A stretch of 64,000 nucleotides of DNA, taken from positions 1-64,000 of the forward strand of contig JAHHIK010000034.1 of the NCBI GenBank assembly GCA_019358935.1, written 5' to 3'. Source of the stretch: Tolypothrix carrinoi HA7290-LM1. GTDB lineage: Bacteria > Cyanobacteriota > Cyanobacteriia > Cyanobacteriales > Nostocaceae. The position numbers were made by a program, and so were the translations under genes. This document shows positions 9,528-19,124 of this stretch, piece by piece. Below the pieces are notes generated by a model. It saw only the letters and a list, made by a program, of their open reading frames with translations, ran no database searches and was not told where the DNA came from. Every line of letters starts with the position of its first letter. Within the stretch, counting starts at the first letter, position 1.

Positions 9528-11597
9528 ATGAATAAAGATAACCGTTTACAACATATTGTGAACCCACCGATTGCTGAGAAACAACCGCAAGTTTTGGAGT
9601 TACACGGCGATCGCCGAATTGACGATTACTTTTGGCTGCGCGATATCGACAACGATAAGGCGATCGCTTATCTGGAAGCCGAAAACGCTTACACTGAAAG
9701 CATGATGCAACATACTGAAGCTTTGCAAACAAAGCTTTATGATGAGATGTTGGCGCGGATTCAAGAAACTGACTTATCAGTGCCATTCCGCAAAGATGAT
9801 TATTACTATTATTCTCGCACCGAATCAGGAAAAGCTTACCCGATTCACTGTCGCAAAAAAGGTAGTCTCGACGCAACAGAAGAAGTGCTGTTAGACCAAA
9901 ATGAACTAGCACAAGGGCATGAATTTTTCAGCTTAGGTGTATTTCAAATCAGTCCTAATCATCAAATCTTAGCTTATTCAACTGATACTAGCGGTTCGGA
10001 ACAATACACCCTTTTCTTTCTTGACTTGAACACATTTGAGTTGTATTCCGAAACTATACCGGAAACTTACTTCTCTTTAACTTGGGGAAACGATAACCAG
10101 ACGGTATTTTACACCAAAATCAACGCGGCGAATCGTCCTTATCAACTATTTCGCCATACTTTACAAACACCGACAACTGAAGATGTTTTAATTTACCACG
10201 AGCCTGATGATACTTACAATTTAGACTTGGGAAAAACCCGTAGTGAAGCATACATCTTGATGATTTTGCAAAGCAGTATCACCACGGAAATTCATTATTT
10301 AGATGCGAATAATCCTACAGGTGATTTTCAGATAATTCATCCACGCACTACAGGCATGGAATACGATGTTGAACATCACAGCGATTATTTTTACATCGTT
10401 ACAAATGACGAAGCAACCAACTTTAAATTGGTGAAAACCCCGGTAGCAACGCCGAATAAAGAAAATTGGCAAACTGTAATTCCCCATCGAGAAGATGTAA
10501 TGCTATCAGGGGTGAGTTTGTTTACCAATCATTTGGTAATTTATGAAAGAAAAGCGGGATTGCAAACTGCAAGAGTGCAAAACTTATCTACAGGTAAGGA
10601 AAATAATATAACTTTTCCAGAACCTACATATACCTTTTATGAAGGAAACAACCCAGAATTTAACACAAATATTCTCCGCTTCAATTACACATCTTTAATC
10701 ACACCGTTATCTGTGTTTGATTACGACATGGAAACAGATAAGCGAGAGTTGAAAAAAGAAACGGAAGTTCTCGGTGGATATGATAAAAGCCACTATAAAA
10801 GTGAGTGGCTGATGGCTACAGCGAAAGATGGAACGCAAATTCCTATATCTATTGTTTACAAACAAGGAATCGAAAAAGATGGTAAAAATCCCTTGTTTAT
10901 GACAGGATATGGTTCTTACGGATATTCTTACCCGGTGATGTTTTCATCAACTCGACTAACGCTGTTAGATCGGGGAATGGTGTATGCGATCGCTCATATT
11001 CGCGGTGGCGAAGAAATGGGACGAAAATGGTATGAAGATGGGAAATTTTTGCAGAAAAAAAATACCTTTACAGATTTTATCGCCTGTGCAGAATATTTGA
11101 TTGGCGAAAAATGGACACAAAGCGATCGCCTAGTTATTTCCGGGGGTAGCGCAGGTGGTTTATTGATGGGTGCAGTCATAAATATGCGTCCCGATCTTTT
11201 TAAAGTAGTAGTTGCTGATGTCCCATTTGTAGATGTCGTGACTACTATTTTAGATACTTCCTTGCCCCTTTCAGCGATGGAATGGGAAGAATGGGGTAAT
11301 CCCAACGACAAAGTTTATTACGACTACATGAAATCTTATTCGCCTTATGATAACGTTGAGGCGAAAGATTACCCAGATATACTCATCACTGCGGGCTTAA
11401 ATGATTCTCGCGTGAAATATTGGGAACCAGCCAAATGGACAGCAAAGCTAAGAGAATTGAAGACAGATAACAATATTCTCTTACTTAAAACTAACATGAG
11501 CGCCGGACATGGTGGCGCATCTGGGCGTTATGAAAGCTTAAAAGAATTAGCTTTTGATTACGCTTTTATTTTGGATCGCTTAGGTTTGGGAGATTAG
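9528..11597 (+). CDS. ptrB: Oligopeptidase B (S9A family)
   Basis: DDYFWLRD, GGSAGG nucleophile motif, DSRV, AGHGG. Confidence 0.92.
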   Translation: MNKDNRLQHIVNPPIAEKQPQVLELHGDRRIDDYFWLRDIDNDKAIAYLEAENAYTESMMQHTEALQTKLYDEMLARIQETDLSVPFRKDDYYYYSRTESGKAYPIHCRKKGSLDATEEVLLDQNELAQGHEFFSLGVFQISPNHQILAYSTDTSGSEQYTLFFLDLNTFELYSETIPETYFSLTWGNDNQTVFYTKINAANRPYQLFRHTLQTPTTEDVLIYHEPDDTYNLDLGKTRSEAYILMILQSSITTEIHYLDANNPTGDFQIIHPRTTGMEYDVEHHSDYFYIVTNDEATNFKLVKTPVATPNKENWQTVIPHREDVMLSGVSLFTNHLVIYERKAGLQTARVQNLSTGKENNITFPEPTYTFYEGNNPEFNTNILRFNYTSLITPLSVFDYDMETDKRELKKETEVLGGYDKSHYKSEWLMATAKDGTQIPISIVYKQGIEKDGKNPLFMTGYGSYGYSYPVMFSSTRLTLLDRGMVYAIAHIRGGEEMGRKWYEDGKFLQKKNTFTDFIACAEYLIGEKWTQSDRLVISGGSAGGLLMGAVINMRPDLFKVVVADVPFVDVVTTILDTSLPLSAMEWEEWGNPNDKVYYDYMKSYSPYDNVEAKDYPDILITAGLNDSRVKYWEPAKWTAKLRELKTDNNILLLKTNMSAGHGGASGRYESLKELAFDYAFILDRLGLGD

Positions 11598-11731
11598 GGA
11601 GACAAGGGGACAAGGGGAAAAATTCTTTCTCCCACTGTCCCCCTCTTACTACTCTAAATTTCTATATTACGGTGGAATTTAGCAGCGATAGTATCCTTTC
11701 CATCCGCTCCAATATGTTTTTATGTAGGGCT

Positions 11732-12226
11732 TTATACACTATAGACATCCATTTCAACACCAAAAAATATTGTCTCTCTTTGATGTTGCATACCTAACTT
11801 TTCAAGAACTCTCACAGAAGCTTTATTTTCGCGTTCAACAATACCAAGAATATATGGAAATTTGAGTTGTTCAAGTCCGTATTGGATAGCTGCTGATGCT
11901 GCTTCAGTTGCCAAGCCCTGACCCCAAAACTTTGGATCTAGTCGATATCCAATTTCTCTTTCATCTTTGTTATCAATTTGTTCAATCGCTATCCCGCAAT
12001 AACCTATCAATTGATTACTTTCTTTAAAAGTAATAGCCCATTTGCCAAAACCATATTGTCTATACGAAGCAATAAAACCTTGTATTTTTGCTTGAGTTTC
12101 TAGAACTGAAAGAATGCCTGTGGAGGAAAATTTCATGACTCGTGGATTGGCAAGTATTGGTGCAAGCTGTTGAACGTCTTCTAGTTGAAATTTTCGCAGA
12201 ATAAGTCGGTGCGTTTCTATCTCCAT
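11732..12226 (-). CDS. RimJ/RimL-type GNAT N-acetyltransferase
   Basis: IETHRLILR, EIGY, WGQGLATEA, NKASVRVLEKLG. Confidence 0.9.
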   Translation of the reverse strand: MEIETHRLILRKFQLEDVQQLAPILANPRVMKFSSTGILSVLETQAKIQGFIASYRQYGFGKWAITFKESNQLIGYCGIAIEQIDNKDEREIGYRLDPKFWGQGLATEAASAAIQYGLEQLKFPYILGIVERENKASVRVLEKLGMQHQRETIFFGVEMDVYSV

Positions 12227-12391
12227 GTTTCCTGATTCCAACATTAATTACACGGATACCGTTGACAAAACATTGCTTAAAGCGATTTGGCTTAATGCGA
12301 TGTCTCACGACAAGCCGATGCAACGTCTACGCAGATTATACGCTCTAAAACTAATATACAATTGATAAACAAGCGACTTTGAAGTTAAAAC

Positions 12392-12751
12392 ATGACAAAA
12401 GTAGCAATATTACCTATATTTGATGCTAGCGGTGAGAAGTCTTATCGTGCGATCGCAAAAGACAAGGAATCTATTGGCAAAACTCCGGGTCAAGCCTTAG
12501 ATGCTTTAACTGCTCAATTAGGTGAAACTGAATTTAGTGCTTTACTTTTGCTTCAAAGCTTTCATCCTGACCAGTTCTTCAGTGTCGAGCAGCAAAAACG
12601 TTTATCTGAGCTAATGGATTTATGGCGGAAAGCACGCGATGAAGGACAGTCACTCTCGCAAAAACTGCAAACTGAGTTAGATGGTCTTGTCGAAGCTGAA
12701 CTGAATGCTGCTACAGCCCGAACAGCATCTTTAATGGAATCAGCAAGTTAA
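12392..12751 (+). CDS. Hypothetical protein, probable partner/antitoxin of the HNH gene
   Basis: SIGKTPGQALDAL motif; stop overlaps the HNH start (TAATG). Confidence 0.7.
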   Translation: MTKVAILPIFDASGEKSYRAIAKDKESIGKTPGQALDALTAQLGETEFSALLLLQSFHPDQFFSVEQQKRLSELMDLWRKARDEGQSLSQKLQTELDGLVEAELNAATARTASLMESAS

Positions 12752-13327
12752 TGAACCCTTACTACACGTTGGTTGCAGACCGTGCTAATCATCGCTGTGA
12801 ATATTGTCATGCACCCGAACTTGTGTTTAACTTTCCTAGGACTTACGCAAAAACCCTCTGCAACTCTTATTCCTTCTCCTTCACCAGACGCCAAGGGCGA
12901 ACGTGTCCTTCTCCTTCAAAGACGGCAAAGCCGAACGCGTCTTCTCCTTCACCAGACGCCAAGGGCGAACGTGGTTCGTTTTTCCGTTACCTGTGCGTAA
13001 GTCCTATTTCCATTTGAAGTCGAGCATATCATACCAATTAGTAGGCAAGGCGCAGATTCTGAATTTAATTTAGCTCTTGCTTGTCGCTCGTGTAATCTGC
13101 GTAAAGGAAATCGTGTTAGTGGAATAGATCCCGACTCAAATATCGAAGTTCGTTTTTTCCATCCAAGACAAGACCAATGGGATAATCATTTCCAAGTAGA
13201 TACTACATCTGCGATGATTGTGGGTACAACTGAAAAAGGAAGAATAACTGTTGATTGTTTAGAGATGAACAGTCAGCCACAGATGATGGCGCGACAACTA
13301 TGGATTCGTTTGAACTTGTTTCCGTAA
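12751..13327 (+). pseudogene. HNH endonuclease interrupted by a MITE
   Basis: RCEYC..VFNFP|FEVEHIIP..NLALACRSCNLRKG is restored when the 170-bp MITE plus one TSD is removed. Confidence 0.88.
12837..13006. mobile_element. 170-bp MITE with 13-bp TIR TAGGACTTACGCA and 5-bp TSD TTTCC
   Basis: TAGGACTTACGCA...TGCGTAAGTCCTA flanked by TTTCC at 12832-12836 and 13007-13011. Confidence 0.9.
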
Positions 13328-13329
13328 TC

Positions 13330-14427
13330 TTAATCTGTTACCGATGCTCCTACACTCAAAATACCTTGATCTGCATCCAAAGTTGCCATAACCCCAACTG
13401 GTAACGCGGCATTGGGTGCTTCGTGACCAAATGGTAAATTGGAGACAACGGGAATATTTAAATCGCTCAAGCGATCGCGCAACACTTCCTCTACACTCAA
13501 GCTAGGAACATCAGTCGGTGCTTCACATTTCGTAAAGCTACCCAATGCAATTCCACTAACTTTTGATAAAGCTCCACTCATCCGCCATTGTGTCAACATT
13601 CTATCAATGCGGTAAGGTGCTTCTGTCACATCTTCAAATGCCAAAATCACATTATTCAAATTCGGTTGAAATGGCGTATTTAATAGATGAGTCGCTACCG
13701 TCAAATTAGCCGGTAACAAAATTCCCTTAGCTATACCTCCACCCCAACCAAAGCCTTTTAAAGAATCAATAGAACGACCTTCCACCCAATCGAACAAACG
13801 CTGAACTGACCAATCTGGCTCTGATGATAAAGTTGTCAGCACAGGTGCATGAACGCCAGAAATTCCTACTTTTTCCAAGCTCCACAATAGCGCGGTGATG
13901 TCAGAAAAGCCGATTAGCCATTTAGGGAGTGGGGAGTAGGGAGATGGGGGAGATGGGGGAGACAAGGGAGACAAGGGAGATGGGGGAGACAAGGGAGATG
14001 AGGGAGATGGGGGAGATGGGGGAGATAAAGAAAAATTGCTTCCTTGTCCTCCTTGTCCTCCTTGTCCTCCTTGTCCCCCCTGTCCCCCTGTCTCCCTGTC
14101 CCCTACTCCCCAATTCCAATTTTCCAAAATGCGGGTGCTACCGAAACCACCTCTAGCGCAGAGGATACCGCGACATTCTGGATCTTGCCATGCTGCTGCT
14201 AATTGCTGGCGGCGGGTTTCATCTTTACCTGCTAAATATCCCCACCTGTCATCTATCTGGGGAGATATTTCTACTTTGTAACCACGCGATCGCCAAATTT
14301 CCACCCCGCGTTCAAAGGTCGCAAATTCTCGCAAAGCACCGCTAGGCGCAATTACTCGCAGTAAATCACCAGGTTTGAGAAAAGGCGGGACAATTTTCGA
14401 TTTGGAATTTTCGATTTGAGATTGCAT
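13330..14427 (-). CDS. LD-carboxypeptidase (S66) with an in-frame repeat-derived insert
   Basis: IAPSG, ARGGFG, LIGFSDITAL, PFGH; GQGG/PPSP insert at about 13925-14110. Confidence 0.9.
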   Translation of the reverse strand: MQSQIENSKSKIVPPFLKPGDLLRVIAPSGALREFATFERGVEIWRSRGYKVEISPQIDDRWGYLAGKDETRRQQLAAAWQDPECRGILCARGGFGSTRILENWNWGVGDRETGGQGGQGGQGGQGGQGSNFSLSPPSPPSPSSPLSPPSPLSPLSPPSPPSPYSPLPKWLIGFSDITALLWSLEKVGISGVHAPVLTTLSSEPDWSVQRLFDWVEGRSIDSLKGFGWGGGIAKGILLPANLTVATHLLNTPFQPNLNNVILAFEDVTEAPYRIDRMLTQWRMSGALSKVSGIALGSFTKCEAPTDVPSLSVEEVLRDRLSDLNIPVVSNLPFGHEAPNAALPVGVMATLDADQGILSVGASVTD

Positions 14428-14460
14428 TAATAATTATCTACTTGTCAACAACAAAGAGCA

Positions 14461-14509
14461 ATTACCTATTACCTATTACCTATTACCTATTACCTATTAC
14501 CTATTACCT
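14461..14509. repeat. Heptamer tandem repeat (ATTACCT)x7
   Basis: Direct reading; overlaps the stop of the glycosyltransferase. Confidence 0.9.
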
Positions 14510-15561
14510 AAAATCTCTTGAAACCATTTTTCAAAGCGCGAACCTAAAGCTTCTAAAGAAAATTGAGCTTCTGCGTCAGCGCGACAAGTATGACGGTCAA
14601 TTTCATCAAGACGCTGGGTAGCATTTACTAACTCAGAAATGCTATTTGGTTCTACCAAAAAGCCAGTTTTGCCATCTTGGATAATTTCCGCAGGTCCACC
14701 GCGACGGTAGGATATTACAGGCACTCCACAAGCTAAACTTTCAATTACGACATTTCCGAAAGCTTCTTCCCAATGGTGTGTCATTAATAATGCCTTACAC
14801 TCACGTAATACCTGCTGCATTTCATTCGTTGATAAAAATCCCAGATATTCAAACATATCATTTGGGTAATTTTCACGAATCTGCTGCCAGTATAATTCAT
14901 CTTGAATTTTACCCATAATTTTTAAGGGAATTTGGGTAATTTGTGCGACTGCTACTGCATCTTCTAAACCTTTTTCCGGGGAAATGCGACCTAACCAGGC
15001 TAATTGTTGTTTTGGGTGTAAGCAAAACTGATAGAGCTTTAAATCAATACCACTACTCAAGTAATGTAAGGGTGGGGTTAACTGAGAAAAAGTGATAGCT
15101 TGAGAGGCAGTATAAAAGCCAATAGTGTCAGGAAACTGCTTTGCCACTTGTACAATCATTTGGTCAAGGGCATCGGAGAGTGAACCCATGCTGACAAAGT
15201 GAGCAATAGGACGATTGAAAAAAGGTGTCAGGTAAAATGGCAACCAATCGTAAGCAAAATTTACAATCAAGTCATAATCAGTTTGAACCTGACGAGCATA
15301 ATCCCACATATTTGCCAAAACAGGATTTTCTGGCATGATAATCGGGTCTGTGCGTTCTTGGCTTTGGGCAATAATCTGTAAATTACCAGGAATTTGCACT
15401 AAAGGTAGATTATCCCATGTCGAACCTGCGGGAGCGACGATTTGCACTTCATGACCCCGCTGGATCATTTGTTGAGATATATTATACAGGGTTAATTCCA
15501 CACCACCGCCCAGTCCAGTGCCAAGGGGTCCAACGGAAGTGGAAACGAAAAGTAATTTCAT
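14497..15561 (-). CDS. Glycosyltransferase family 4
   Basis: GGGVE, GRISPEKG, EEAFGNVVIESLACGVPVI. Confidence 0.92.
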   Translation of the reverse strand: MKLLFVSTSVGPLGTGLGGGVELTLYNISQQMIQRGHEVQIVAPAGSTWDNLPLVQIPGNLQIIAQSQERTDPIIMPENPVLANMWDYARQVQTDYDLIVNFAYDWLPFYLTPFFNRPIAHFVSMGSLSDALDQMIVQVAKQFPDTIGFYTASQAITFSQLTPPLHYLSSGIDLKLYQFCLHPKQQLAWLGRISPEKGLEDAVAVAQITQIPLKIMGKIQDELYWQQIRENYPNDMFEYLGFLSTNEMQQVLRECKALLMTHHWEEAFGNVVIESLACGVPVISYRRGGPAEIIQDGKTGFLVEPNSISELVNATQRLDEIDRHTCRADAEAQFSLEALGSRFEKWFQEILGNR

Positions 15562-17210
15562 AGGTTTGCTAAATCATAAATCAATTCCTGATAATATCGT
15601 TCTGCGTCATTTGGTTGGTGGATAAGAAGCTGAAGTTGACAATTTTTGATTTGGTAGGCTTGCATAATCCGAATGCGGCTGAGAAAATCTATATCGTGGG
15701 AAATTACCCAAATAGCACCTTGAAACTCATTTAATCCATCGACGATGCGATCGATTGTCTCTACATCCAGATTGTTTGTCGGTTCGTCTAAAATCAGCCA
15801 ATCAATCTGACTAACGGTAATCATTGCTACAGCTAACCGTGCTAACTCTCCTCCACTCAATACAGATGCATTCTTATAAACATCATCGTTGAAAAAGAGA
15901 AAATGTCCTAACTGCTGTCGCAGCAATTGATAGTTTAAGTCTGGATTTGCTGCTTGCATATTTTCCAAAACTGTGATTTCTCGATTTACAACTTGATAGG
16001 TTTGATCGAGGTACACCGCTTTCATCTGGGATGCGATCGCAATTTCACCCCTATCTAAAATAGCTGGAGATTGCTTCATTCCCAAAATTGCTTTTGCCAA
16101 ACTGGATTTTCCGGAACCGTTTGCTCCTGCAACTGCAATCCGATCACCTGACGAGACATGAAGCTGGATATTTTTGATTAATAAGCGATTCCCCTTCGGG
16201 GACGCTGCGCGATCGCCTAATTTCAAATCCGCACCTTGGATGTCAATTAAATTTTTGTGTTTTTGACTGCGTTCTTGCAATTGAATACTAGCTGCTTTCG
16301 TTGTTTTTATTTTGGTTTGGGCAACCTTCTGAGTAGCACTTTCTACGGCTGCTTCATGTTTTTTCTTAGCATTACCGGCGGTGACTTCAGCTTCTCGTTT
16401 CCATGCACCAGCTACAATTTTAGGAATGCTACCTGCACGTAGACGACCGTTTTTGCGAGATTGAGCAGCTCGTTTTTGTTCTTGCATTGCGGAGGTTTGA
16501 GCACGTTTGAGTTTTTTTCGCGCTACTTCGTGAGCGTGTAACGCAGTCTGATACTCGCTTTCTTTTTGCGATCGATAAAAAGAATAGTTTCCACCATACA
16601 CTAAGAGCGCTTTTGGTGTTAACTCCCAAATCGTATCTACGACTTGATCGAGAAAAAACGGCTTGTGCGAAACGATGACGCACGCACCCGGAAATACTTG
16701 CAACACTTGACGCAACTGCTCTAATGCTATTAAGTCTAAATGATTCGTTGGTTCATCCAGCAGCAAAATATCGGGTTGTTTTGAAAAGGCGATCGCTAAC
16801 CACAGTTTAGTCAATTCTCCCCCACTTAAACTGCCGATTGACGCAGATAAACAGAGTTCTGTTTCAAATTGCTCGTTTAACAAATTTGTCACAGTCCACC
16901 ACTCATCAGAGAGAGAACTGAGCCAGTCTTGTACCGAATCATTTGACGCAGACAAATTCAGCGTACTGAGTTGAGGCAGATAGTAAATACTACCTGTCGT
17001 CCTAATTGTTCCCGTCTTCGGTGTCAGTTGTTGTGCAAGCAGTTTGAGCAATGTTGATTTACCGCTACCCTTAGAACCAACCAATCCGATGCGTTGCCCT
17101 TCATGAATCGCAACAGCAATGTCTTTGAATAATCTCCGTATATTTGCGAGTTCATAAGTCAAATTACTCGCATTGAGAATTGCTTGAGAATGCATATGTC
17201 TGCTCTCCAT
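15558..17210 (-). CDS. ABC-F family ATPase (ribosomal-protection-like)
   Basis: Two ABC cassettes (GSGKS, LSGGE, LDEPTN) with a long linker and no TM segments. Confidence 0.9.
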   Translation of the reverse strand: MESRHMHSQAILNASNLTYELANIRRLFKDIAVAIHEGQRIGLVGSKGSGKSTLLKLLAQQLTPKTGTIRTTGSIYYLPQLSTLNLSASNDSVQDWLSSLSDEWWTVTNLLNEQFETELCLSASIGSLSGGELTKLWLAIAFSKQPDILLLDEPTNHLDLIALEQLRQVLQVFPGACVIVSHKPFFLDQVVDTIWELTPKALLVYGGNYSFYRSQKESEYQTALHAHEVARKKLKRAQTSAMQEQKRAAQSRKNGRLRAGSIPKIVAGAWKREAEVTAGNAKKKHEAAVESATQKVAQTKIKTTKAASIQLQERSQKHKNLIDIQGADLKLGDRAASPKGNRLLIKNIQLHVSSGDRIAVAGANGSGKSSLAKAILGMKQSPAILDRGEIAIASQMKAVYLDQTYQVVNREITVLENMQAANPDLNYQLLRQQLGHFLFFNDDVYKNASVLSGGELARLAVAMITVSQIDWLILDEPTNNLDVETIDRIVDGLNEFQGAIWVISHDIDFLSRIRIMQAYQIKNCQLQLLIHQPNDAERYYQELIYDLANL

Positions 17211-17214
17211 CTTG

Positions 17215-17379
17215 TTTGTCTGGACAGTCCTTGTAGCGCTGGACTGTGGCGCAGTTTCATCAAGAGGTCGCTAACCATTTCAAATCATATCGCGCTCCTC
17301 TTACCGATTTCAAGAGCGCAGGAAGATTAAGAGAGATTAAATGAATCGGGGTGGGTTAGCGACGAGCAGTAAGCTTCAT
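17215..17379 (-). promoter_or_regulatory. Putative attenuator leader with uORF MKLTARR (17356-17379)
   Basis: ATG AAG CTT ACT GCT CGT CGC TAA; 10-nt complementarity between 17354-17363 and 17267-17276; further hairpins. Confidence 0.55.
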
Positions 17380-17575
17380 GACTGTATTTAAAAGACACAA
17401 AACTAATGTAATACGAAAGCGATCGCCCTTCATCACCCGATCGGGTGATTTTTAGTTTATTTTGAGTCAGCAAATAAGAGCGTGAAACTCTTTCTTTTCT
17501 CTTCCTCTGTGTACTCTGCGTACTCTGCGGTTTATTTCTCCAAAGTATTTTTGATTTATCAAAAAGCATGTTCAA

Positions 17576-17742
17576 GCGATCGCTCCGAAGTAGATGCTTT
17601 CTATGCAGCAGCAATGGGAATTGGAGGTAAAGACGATGGCAAACCTGGATTGCGTCCACAATACCACCCCAATTATTATGCAGCATTTGTGATTGATCCT
17701 GATGGTTATCGCATTGAAGCCGTATGTCACAATCCGCAGTAG
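17576..17742 (+). pseudogene. VOC/glyoxalase family C-terminal fragment
   Basis: DRSEVDAFYAAA..GGKDDGKPGLRPQYHPNYYAAFVIDPDGYRIEAVCH; similarity begins at a HIP1 site. Confidence 0.8.
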
Positions 17743-17757
17743 AATAAACTTTGAGTG

Positions 17758-18915
17758 TTACTCTTGCGAATCATCCTCTTGACTTTCTTCATCAGGCGAC
17801 AAAGTGCGGATACGATTCATTTGTGAAAGAGCATAACGCGCTGTTGCTTGCACCTCAGCATTCGAGTCTTCCGTCGCCAAACACAACATCTGACTAATTT
17901 GAGCCATCATATCATAAACGCGAGTCAAGTCACGGATAGCATTTTGCCGCACTTCTGGACTTTCATCTTGCAGTGAAATCGCCAAAGCACGATTCATCGG
18001 TTTAAGTGTGCGCGTACCAATTTCCGCCAAAGCTGCTAAAATCAAGCTGCGTTGTTGAGAATCAGCGTCAATCATCACCTCCATCAGTGGCTGAATTGCG
18101 CGGGAATCTCCCTGCTGTCCCAAATCCCAGATAGCTTTGCGTCGTTTCGTCAGGTCGGGACTGCGTAAGTCTTTCATCAATTCCTCAACGATGTTGACTT
18201 TCGCCAAACGGGAAGTTTTTTCTAGTGGTAACACTTCCGTAGCGGGTGGTGCAGTTGCTTGTTCTGCATTTGTTATATCTGCACTTTTATAATTTTCATC
18301 TGCTGCGCTGTTTGAGGGTAATAAAGGCAGAACTGATTTTGTCTCAGACGTATTCAAAACTTCAAAATCAAAGTTTTCCGAACTTTCAACTTGTTTGACT
18401 TTTCTCGATTTCTTGAGCAAATAAAGCACTGCACCAAGACTGCCTAAAATTCCCATTCCAACTAGCGACCACCATAATAAATCTTTTTGCGGAGATGCCT
18501 TGGTACTTGCTTTCTCATTTTTCGGGGTAGAAGTGGTAGCAGCAAGGGATAATGATTGCTTTTGCTTAACTGCTGTCAGCAGACTTTGTTTAGTTGTCGC
18601 ACCAGCAAGACCATCTGTTATCAAGTTTTTTGCTTTCTGAAATTTAGAGACGGCAAGTTCAGTGCTTTCGCCATAATCTCCATTTACCACACCCTTGTAA
18701 TATCCTAACTCTTTGAGTTGTTTTTGCAGTGCCTCCACTTCTGCGCCGGTACTGCCAAGTGCGAGAATAGAAGAATTGGCTGTCTGGGTGGAATTGGTTT
18801 GAGACAGTTTGAATTCCGGTGCTAGGTTAGGTGGAACTGTGCTTGCTGGATTGGTGTCAAAACCCAGGCAAGTCAAACAGGTAATTACCAGGATGGAGGA
18901 ATGGCGTAGCCTCAT
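17758..18915 (-). CDS. Peptidoglycan-binding domain + TM + HEAT-repeat protein
   Basis: Signal peptide; LGSTGAEVEALQKQLKELGY..DGLAGATT PG-binding domain; TM helix; HEAT repeats. Confidence 0.85.
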   Translation of the reverse strand: MRLRHSSILVITCLTCLGFDTNPASTVPPNLAPEFKLSQTNSTQTANSSILALGSTGAEVEALQKQLKELGYYKGVVNGDYGESTELAVSKFQKAKNLITDGLAGATTKQSLLTAVKQKQSLSLAATTSTPKNEKASTKASPQKDLLWWSLVGMGILGSLGAVLYLLKKSRKVKQVESSENFDFEVLNTSETKSVLPLLPSNSAADENYKSADITNAEQATAPPATEVLPLEKTSRLAKVNIVEELMKDLRSPDLTKRRKAIWDLGQQGDSRAIQPLMEVMIDADSQQRSLILAALAEIGTRTLKPMNRALAISLQDESPEVRQNAIRDLTRVYDMMAQISQMLCLATEDSNAEVQATARYALSQMNRIRTLSPDEESQEDDSQE

Positions 18916-19124
18916 ATGAAAAATCGCAGCCAGAACATATATTGTAAGTTATCGATATAACAATAACTTGGGCTTGGCTTAATGTTAACTTTTATCTTGA
19001 CAAAAATATCTTGAAGAAGCTTTAAAGGTGATGAAAATTATGAATAGTCAGGAATTCGCCTATTTTCCCCGGTTAGTGGTCAGCATTCAGATAACAGTAT
19101 AATTGCTGCTACGGTCTTTTTTAA

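Noticed and set aside
9364..9912. Long antisense ORFs (182 aa here; also 60481-60900 and 63527-63922)
   Set aside because: Shadow frames of well-supported genes on the opposite strand.
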